From Bacteroidota bacterium (GTDB lineage: Bacteria > Bacteroidota > Bacteroidia > Bacteroidales > CG2-30-32-10): a stretch of 43,526 nucleotides of DNA. A program made the translations under genes and the position numbers. The DNA is taken from the NCBI GenBank assembly GCA_043801235.1, contig JAZDMF010000312.1, forward strand, positions 1 through 43,526, given 5' to 3'. Shown here piece by piece: positions 37,653 to 43,526 of the stretch. Under the pieces are notes generated by a model that was not told the origin of the DNA, searched no databases, and saw nothing but the letters and a program-made list of their open reading frames with translations. Each line of letters opens with the position of its first letter. The first letter of the stretch is position 1.

Positions 37653-37951
37653 GTGTTTTACCAACTCTTTTCAGGCTGCGAAAATAAAAAAATAAAACGG
37701 AAGGAATTTGTTTGGTAATCATAATTCCGGCAGGCAATTGTCAGTTGCGTTTTTTGTGTAAGCTTTTTATTGCTTGCCTGAGTATAAATTGGGGGGAGGA
37801 TTAACGTTTTGGCGGTTGCTGTTCGGTGGCGATATTGACCCACTACACTTTTCACGAAGCACTGACGTTTAAAATTATTACTTCCCTGTCCTACCTGCCT
37901 CTTTGGCAAGGCGGGTGAGCTACCGCCCCGCCACTGAAAGCAAACGGCCTG

Positions 37952-38122
37952 TTATATGCTGGGCAAAATCCGTTCTTCTGTCCGAAGCTTGCGAAAATAT
38001 TCAAGTATCTGCTCTGATGTCATGTTTGCAAGCTCCTTGCTAAGTTTATCGCGAACCTCACGCATAAAGCCTACTGCATCAAAATTCTTTATCTTTTTAT
38101 TTTTTGTATCTTTAGTCTTCAT
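37952..38122 (-). CDS. 56-aa hypothetical protein overlapping the 3' end of the PIN gene (candidate partner)
   Basis: Not in the ORF track because it is under 60 aa. ATG inside ...TATGAAGACTAA overlaps the PIN stop by 11 nt. Translation: MKTKDTKNKKIKNFDAVGFMREVRDKLSKELANMTSEQILEYFRKLRTEERILPSI. Confidence 0.5.
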   Translation of the reverse strand: MKTKDTKNKKIKNFDAVGFMREVRDKLSKELANMTSEQILEYFRKLRTEERILPSI

Positions 38123-38576
38123 ATTCTACTATTTCTTTTGGTGAGCGTATATCTATAATCGGATAGCCAAGTTTTATATTTACTGAGTTGTAGCCTCGTA
38201 TCCGTGTTACATTTACAATATGCTTAAAATTCCAACTCGCCAATATGTCGGCACGCTGTATCGTCGCTATTGCCATATGTAAACAGTCTGCCAGGCTCGT
38301 CTTACCCACAACCTGTTCTGATATATAACTCAAGGCCAATTCTGTTGCCTCGTCTGTGATTGATATATATTCAAAATTGTCACGCGGAAGCGATTTCATC
38401 AAGTCTTTGATATGCTGCGGCGCCTGTCGCAACTCCTGCTCTGTCACCTCGGAATATATCGCTTTGATTCTTCCTTGTTGTATCTGGTCTATCAACCAAT
38501 TTGATTCTACTGCAAACGCTTCATCAAAGCAGCCGCCGATAACAGAAGTGTCTATGTAAATACGTTGTGGTCTCAT
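38112..38576 (-). CDS. PIN-domain protein (VapC-like nuclease fold)
   Basis: IYIDTSVIGG (first acidic residue), E..E in the middle, LADCLHMAIA and SWNFKH near the C-terminus. The track start at 38582 is a TTG, so I use the ATG at 38576. Confidence 0.75.
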   Translation of the reverse strand: MRPQRIYIDTSVIGGCFDEAFAVESNWLIDQIQQGRIKAIYSEVTEQELRQAPQHIKDLMKSLPRDNFEYISITDEATELALSYISEQVVGKTSLADCLHMAIATIQRADILASWNFKHIVNVTRIRGYNSVNIKLGYPIIDIRSPKEIVEYED

Positions 38577-38688
38577 CGTCAAGTATTGACTACAAATTTA
38601 CGGATATTTTTTTAAAACTTGGCTATTGTCTTCCGTTTTGGGTAAATAATATTTTGATGCGCTAAGCATAATAATTTAGCTATACATG

Positions 38689-38784
38689 AAACGGGATTAA
38701 TTATAACATTTTATGAGATTCCTCACTTCGTTCGGAATCTTTTCATAATTTAAACTTTATAAAATGTATGGTTTTATCCCGTTT
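38689..38784. repeat. 96-nt imperfect inverted repeat in the divergent intergenic region
   Basis: AAACGGGAT (38689-38697) / ATCCCGTTT (38776-38784). Inner pairings are ACATTTTATA/TATAAAATGT and GATTCC/GGAATC around the loop TCACTTCGTTC. Confidence 0.55.
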
Positions 38785-38867
38785 ATTGTATAATCTAAAA
38801 AAAAAGTTCAGTTTCAGTATTCGAAAAAATGTATTTTTGAAATAAATAATAAAAATCAGAATACAGT

Positions 38868-39524
38868 ATGAAAGGCGATATATTGATAATTGATGAAAAT
38901 CACAGAAAAGCTGCGAAACAAATCATTGACATTATTTTTAATAAAATCTCTGAAAACAAAAATAAGTATGTAATTTCAGTAGCCGGTGAATCGGGTGCGG
39001 GAAAATCTGAAATTGCAGTTTCTGTTAAAGAACTACTTGAGAAGAAAAATATCAAATCTTACATTTTCGGACAGGATGATTATTTTGTTTATCCTCCAAA
39101 AACGAATGCCCGGCAAAGGGAAGAAGATGTAAGCAGGGTGGGAATGCAGGAAGTACAGCTTGATTTGCTTGACAGGAATTTAAAAGATGCTCAGGAAGGT
39201 GGTTTCATAATTAAAAAACCGCTTGTGGATTTTAATGCCGACACTATCGGGGAAGAACTTGCTGACCTGACTGAATATAAAGTTCTTATAGTCGAAGGTA
39301 CGTACACTTTAACATTAAAAAATGTTGATTGCAAAGTATTCATCAACAGGATTATATATGATACTATTGAATCAAGGAAGAAAAGAGCAAGGGAAAAACA
39401 AGATGATTTTTTAGATAAAATATTAATCATCGAACATGAAATAATTTCAAAACACAAAGCATTCGCCAATATCATTATTACAAAATCATTCGATGCTGAA
39501 ATAAATAGCTCAATAAAATTCTGA
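38868..39524 (+). CDS. P-loop kinase of the uridine kinase/phosphoribulokinase-like family
   Basis: Walker A VAGESGAGKSE about 40 aa from the N-terminus, then FGQDDYF and LIVEGTY, as in Udk/PRK-type kinases. Substrate unknown. Confidence 0.6.
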   Translation: MKGDILIIDENHRKAAKQIIDIIFNKISENKNKYVISVAGESGAGKSEIAVSVKELLEKKNIKSYIFGQDDYFVYPPKTNARQREEDVSRVGMQEVQLDLLDRNLKDAQEGGFIIKKPLVDFNADTIGEELADLTEYKVLIVEGTYTLTLKNVDCKVFINRIIYDTIESRKKRAREKQDDFLDKILIIEHEIISKHKAFANIIITKSFDAEINSSIKF

Positions 39525-39528
39525 AAAT

Positions 39529-40788
39529 ATGAGTAAATACCCTTTTAAAAATATCGCCATGATAAGTACGCATGGCTACTTTGATCCGGTTCCGAAATTA
39601 GGCAGGACAGATACAGGCGGGCAGGTTGTTTATGTTCTTGAACTAGCAAAGGCCATAGCCCGTCAAGGTATAAGGGTGGATATATTTACCCGTTGGTTTG
39701 ATAAAGCCCAGCAACAGCTCGATCCGGTTCCCGGCAACCCGGGAGTAAGTGTGATAAGGATACATTCGGGTGAATGGGAATTTATTCCGAAAGAATTAAT
39801 TTATGATTCCCTTCCTGAATTATCAGCAAATATGCTGAAGTTTATAAAAGAAAATAATATTGATTATGATTTATTTCACGGTCATTATGTTGATGCAGGA
39901 ATAGTAACTCTCGATGTTTCAGAAGAATTAAAAAAATCTGCATTCTTTACGGCGCATTCGCTGGGTGCATGGAAAAGGGACCAGATGGGTGGAGATACTG
40001 CTGAAATGGAAAAGAAATTCAATTTCAAACACAGGATAGCTGAGGAAATGCGGATATTCAAATCGGTATGCGGACAGACACTTACTTCTGAGGTACAAAA
40101 AGAAAAACTGAACAGCCTGTATAATTATGATGCTGAAAATATCAGGATTATTCCTCCCGGTGTCGACATTCACCGTTTTAAAATGCCTGCGGAAGATGAT
40201 AAAAAAATTAAAACAAATCTTCCTGAAAAATATATATTCTGTCTGAGCCGGATTGATACTAATAAAGGACATGACCTGCTTTTAAAAGCATTTGCACTGG
40301 TAAAGGAACAATGCAATGATGTGCATCTGGTGATTGGAGGCGGGTCACTAAATCCCATACCACGCGAACAGGAAGTCTTCGAAAATATGCGGAGAATCTG
40401 CAAAGAAGAAAACCTTGATGACAGGGTTCATTTTATCGGATACGTTGCAGATGAGATAATGGTTCCTTATTATCAGCAGGCTCTGCTTTTTGTTCTGCCG
40501 TCGCTGTTCGAACCTTTCGGTATGACAACACAGGAGGCCATGGCCTGCGGCATGCCGGTCATTGCTTCTAAATACGGCGGCATTCAAAATGTGATTACTC
40601 ATGGAAAGGATGGAATGCTGGTTGATTCAGAAAATCAGGAAGAATTTGCTGATATTATTATTGAACTCCTGAATGATGAAAAACTAAGAAAGAGCATGGG
40701 ACAGGCGGCCGGAAACCTGATTCGCCGGCAATACAGCTGGGAAGCTATTGCAGATAGGTTCCTGGATTTTTATTGTGAATATATTTGA
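39529..40788 (+). CDS. GT4-family glycosyltransferase, sucrose-phosphate-synthase-like
   Basis: N-terminus ISTHGYFDPVPKLGRTDTGGQVVYVLELAKA is the SPS/sucrose-synthase signature. C-terminal EPFGMTTQEAMACGMPV is the GT4 E-x7-E region. There is no fused phosphatase domain. Confidence 0.75.
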   Translation: MSKYPFKNIAMISTHGYFDPVPKLGRTDTGGQVVYVLELAKAIARQGIRVDIFTRWFDKAQQQLDPVPGNPGVSVIRIHSGEWEFIPKELIYDSLPELSANMLKFIKENNIDYDLFHGHYVDAGIVTLDVSEELKKSAFFTAHSLGAWKRDQMGGDTAEMEKKFNFKHRIAEEMRIFKSVCGQTLTSEVQKEKLNSLYNYDAENIRIIPPGVDIHRFKMPAEDDKKIKTNLPEKYIFCLSRIDTNKGHDLLLKAFALVKEQCNDVHLVIGGGSLNPIPREQEVFENMRRICKEENLDDRVHFIGYVADEIMVPYYQQALLFVLPSLFEPFGMTTQEAMACGMPVIASKYGGIQNVITHGKDGMLVDSENQEEFADIIIELLNDEKLRKSMGQAAGNLIRRQYSWEAIADRFLDFYCEYI

Positions 40789-40939
40789 TCTTTTGCAAAT
40801 GAACCAGCAGTTCTCACTTACCATTTGCACATTCCTGTTGAAGAATTTGCCCGGCTAACAGAACGACTCTTCCATGTTCTTCGGATGATGAAAGGTCGTG
40901 CTGCTTTTTTTGTTCGAAGCAAATGAATACTTTTGCCGT

Positions 40940-41983
40940 ATGTACAGGAAAACTTCATCCGAACGAACCGAACTTTCTGAACTGGGTGAGTTTGGGCTTA
41001 TCAAGCGAATCTCTGGGTTCGTTGAACTCAAAAATCACTCCACGCTGAAAGGCATTGGCGATGATGCTGCTGTTATCAGCGCTGAAGGCGGAGAGATACT
41101 TGTTTCGACCGATCTGCTTGCAGAGGGCATACATTTCGATTTGTCATACATACCGCTGAAACACCTGGGATATAAAGCGGCAACCGTTAATTTCAGCGAT
41201 ATTGCTGCTATGAACGGTACTCCCGAGCAAATTACAGTCGGCATTGCATTATCCAGCCGCATTTCTCTTGAAGCTGTTGATGAACTTTATGAAGGCATAC
41301 GTCTGGCATGTAAAAATTATAACGTCGACCTGGTTGGTGGCGATACTTCAGCAAGCGCATCAGGTTTGTTTATTTCGGTTACAGTGATAGGCCGTGCAGG
41401 GAAAGATGAAATTGTTTACAGAAACGGAGCGCAGCTTAACGATATCATTTTTGTATCGGGAGATCTTGGCGGAGCTTATATGGGGCTATTGCTGCTAAAG
41501 CGTGAAAAACGGGTATTTGAAGCCAATCCCGAAATGCAGCCTGAACTTTCGGGTTACGATTATATTTTGCAACGGCAGCTGAAACCTGAACCAAGAACCG
41601 ATATCATAAAACGACTTAAAGAAGCAAAAGTGAAACCTACATCGATGATTGACATATCGGACGGGCTTGCTTCAGAAATACTTCATATCTGCGAGGAATC
41701 AGGAAAGGGCGCTGCTGTATATGAAGAGAAAATCCCTATCGACCCGGTTACAGTAAGTATGGCAGAAGAACTGAAAATCGATCAGACAATAGCAGCATTG
41801 AACGGCGGTGAAGATTATGAACTGCTCTTTACCATTTCCCAAAATGATTTTGAAAAGGTGAAAAACATCCCGGGTATTACTCCGGTGGGACATATTACTG
41901 AAGGAGGAGCAAACCTTGTGAGCCGCAGTGGCAGCCTGGTTCCGTTAACAGCACAGGGATGGGATGCGTTTATGAATAAATGA
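40940..41983 (+). CDS. thiL: thiamine-monophosphate kinase
   Basis: ELGEFGLIKRI, GIGDDAAV, VGGDTS, DISDGL: the AIR-synthase-related fold with the ThiL pattern. The track start at 40898 is a GTG, so I use the ATG at 40940. Confidence 0.88.
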   Translation: MYRKTSSERTELSELGEFGLIKRISGFVELKNHSTLKGIGDDAAVISAEGGEILVSTDLLAEGIHFDLSYIPLKHLGYKAATVNFSDIAAMNGTPEQITVGIALSSRISLEAVDELYEGIRLACKNYNVDLVGGDTSASASGLFISVTVIGRAGKDEIVYRNGAQLNDIIFVSGDLGGAYMGLLLLKREKRVFEANPEMQPELSGYDYILQRQLKPEPRTDIIKRLKEAKVKPTSMIDISDGLASEILHICEESGKGAAVYEEKIPIDPVTVSMAEELKIDQTIAALNGGEDYELLFTISQNDFEKVKNIPGITPVGHITEGGANLVSRSGSLVPLTAQGWDAFMNK

Positions 41984-42030
41984 TTTACGTTTTACAGATG
42001 ACGATTTACGAATTTGTTATTTGTAAATCA
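41982..42030. repeat. heptad tract, 7 units
   Basis: GATTTAC GTTTTAC AGATGAC GATTTAC GAATTTG TTATTTG TAAATCA, beginning at the thiL stop codon. Confidence 0.7.
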
Positions 42031-42088
42031 TTGCTTTTTGCAGATGGGCTAAAATAAATTTTGATAATTTTGATCTTTACTGACCGGC

Positions 42089-43420
42089 ATGGCAACGGAA
42101 TTACATATTATTTTATCTTTATTCAAACCATTCACATTAGGCATTGCGGTTGAAATAATGGCAATGATTGTTCTTTTGTTTTGTTCTGCTTTATTTTCGG
42201 GGGCTGAGATTGCTTTCTTTTCGCTCAAGCCCATGCATCTCAGCGAACTTAAAAGGAAAAAATCACGTTCCGGAAAAAAAATCATTAAGTTGCTTGAAAA
42301 TCCCAAACGTCTTCTTGCCACATTGCTTATTGCCAATAATTTTGTGAACCTGGGCATCGTAATTCTTTCCACCTATATTACCATCGGGCTTTTTGAATTT
42401 GGCGATAATATGGCCTTTGCTTTTATTATTCAGGTGGTGCTGGTGACATTTCTGATTTTGCTTTTTGGAGAAATAACCCCCAAAATTTATGCAACACAAT
42501 ATGCTATTACCTTTGCATCTTTTGTGGCACGACCCATTGCGTTCTGCATTCAATTATTTTATCCGTTGAGTTCTTTGCTTATCAGTTCCACATCGCTTAT
42601 TGATAAACGCATAACACGCAAACATAATATTTCTATAACCGATCTTTCTGCAGCGCTTGATATTACTACAGGTAAAGATACCCCGGAAGAAGAAAAAAAG
42701 ATACTGAGAGGTATTGTGAAATTCGGTAACATTGATGTAAAGGAAGTGATGCGCTCGAGGATTGATGTCACAGCTGTTGATATAAAAACCGATTTCCGCC
42801 AGCTGATGAACATTATTCTCGATTCGGGCTATTCGCGTATTCCGGTTTATAAGGAAAACTTCGACAGTATTGCAGGAATTTTGCATATCAAAGATCTTCT
42901 TCCTCATCTCGGTAAAGAAGCTGATTTCAACTGGCAGTCGTTAATAAGACCGGCCTTTTTTGTTCCTGAAAGTAAAAAAATTAATGACCTCCTGCAGGAA
43001 TTCCGTGAGAAAAAAAATCATATGGCAATAGTCGTTGATGAGTACGGTGGCACCTCAGGCGTTCTGACAATGGAGGATATTATTGAGGAAATTGTCGGAG
43101 AGATAAATGACGAGTTTGATACTGACGAGGTTATTTTTTCAAAGCTTGATGAAAAGAATTTTGTTTTTGAAGGGAAAACACTGCTGAACGATTTCTGCAA
43201 AATAATAAAAATCAATCCCGGTACGTTCGATGAAAAGAAAGGTGATTCGGATACCATAGCAGGGCTTATACTTGAGATAGAAGGAAAAATTCCCGAAAAG
43301 AACGATAAAATATATTATAAAAATTTTATCTTTACCATTGAAGCAGCCGATAAGCGTAGCATAAAAAGAGTTAAAATCACCCTTGATGAAAAAAAAAATA
43401 AATCTGCGGAAAATGATTAA
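42089..43420 (+). CDS. gldE: gliding-motility-associated GldE (CNNM/DUF21 TM domain, CBS pair, CorC_HlyC domain)
   Basis: Four N-terminal TM segments, a CBS pair (VMRSRIDV..., ILHIKDLL), C-terminal transporter-associated domain. Overlaps a gldD-like start. Confidence 0.8.
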   Translation: MATELHIILSLFKPFTLGIAVEIMAMIVLLFCSALFSGAEIAFFSLKPMHLSELKRKKSRSGKKIIKLLENPKRLLATLLIANNFVNLGIVILSTYITIGLFEFGDNMAFAFIIQVVLVTFLILLFGEITPKIYATQYAITFASFVARPIAFCIQLFYPLSSLLISSTSLIDKRITRKHNISITDLSAALDITTGKDTPEEEKKILRGIVKFGNIDVKEVMRSRIDVTAVDIKTDFRQLMNIILDSGYSRIPVYKENFDSIAGILHIKDLLPHLGKEADFNWQSLIRPAFFVPESKKINDLLQEFREKKNHMAIVVDEYGGTSGVLTMEDIIEEIVGEINDEFDTDEVIFSKLDEKNFVFEGKTLLNDFCKIIKINPGTFDEKKGDSDTIAGLILEIEGKIPEKNDKIYYKNFIFTIEAADKRSIKRVKITLDEKKNKSAEND

Positions 43421-43526
43421 ACTGTTTATTACACTGAAGTTGATATTCCTGATTTTTCTTTTATCTTCGTGTGGCAGCGATTATGTTCCTAAGCCCAGGG
43501 GGTATTTCAGGATTGACCTGCCTGAA
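43413..43526 (+). CDS. gldD: gliding motility lipoprotein GldD, 5' fragment cut by the window end
   Basis: ATG overlaps the gldE stop by 8 nt. MIKLFITLKLIFLIFLLSSCGSDYVPKPRGYFRIDLPE has a lipobox SSC and the KP.GYFRI..P start I recall for GldD. Synteny with gldE supports the call. Confidence 0.6.
   Translation, partial: MIKLFITLKLIFLIFLLSSCGSDYVPKPRGYFRIDLPE

Noticed and set aside
37790-37900. Fluoride (AACCGCC word) or cobalamin (AGGGAAG, GUGAAAAG words) riboswitch upstream of the MFS gene
   Set aside because: Only isolated words match. The defining cores are absent: GGCGAUG...CUGAUGAU..CCUAC for fluoride, and GGUG..AA.UCC plus the B12 box for cobalamin. I left the region as an unassigned structured block.
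37921-37945. tRNA gene suggested by the minus-strand string GGGGCGGTAGCTCA
   Set aside because: Only the acceptor 5' half and the start of a D-arm are present. There is no anticodon arm, no T-loop (GTTCRANYC) and no matching 3' acceptor. At most it is a relic.
37658-38144. Track ORFs 37658-37909 (-) and 37956-38144 (+)
   Set aside because: The first spans the G+C-rich structured non-coding block and has no protein character. The second is the antisense shadow of the 56-codon ORF that overlaps the PIN stop.
42049-42372. 107-aa minus-strand ORF overlapping the gldE start
   Set aside because: It is antisense to the TM region of gldE, and its hydrophobic composition mirrors that gene. It is not supported.

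Overview
AT-rich chromosomal segment from a Bacteroidota genome. The phylum call rests on a T9SS C-terminal sorting domain, an overlapping gldE-gldD pair, rpoN plus a sigma-54 activator, TAnnTTTG-type -7 boxes and no Shine-Dalgarno use. I support about 40 protein genes and found no rRNA, tRNA, CRISPR array, transposase or integrase. Housekeeping genes are a sensor-less sigma-54 activator coupled to lptE, secG, groES-groEL, acpH, phoH2, a glutaminyl-cyclase-like M28 lipoprotein, dxs, asnS, rpoN, thiL, gldE and the 5' end of gldD. Accessory modules are: an exported TldD/PmbA-like pair; an ECF sigma/anti-sigma unit followed by beta-helix (DUF4097-like, GIN-domain) and small beta-barrel genes, with two near-identical ECF-type promoters; a Cys-rich protein/TonB-dependent receptor/two HMA-protein cluster; a tetR-tolC-MFP-RND operon with a divergent TetR gene remnant; an uncharacterised T9SS cargo protein; a PIN-domain gene overlapping an untracked 56-codon ORF; and a P-loop kinase plus sucrose-phosphate-synthase-like GT4 pair. 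The most unusual sequence-level signal is that many intergenic gaps consist of degenerate period-7 (heptanucleotide) tandem tracts, including four YTGCCNA arrays. One 31-nt tract occurs as inverted copies bracketing the TldD/PmbA pair. Several ORF-track starts are TTG/GTG extensions, so I moved those to the first plausible start. All function calls come from motifs read by eye, with no searches run.
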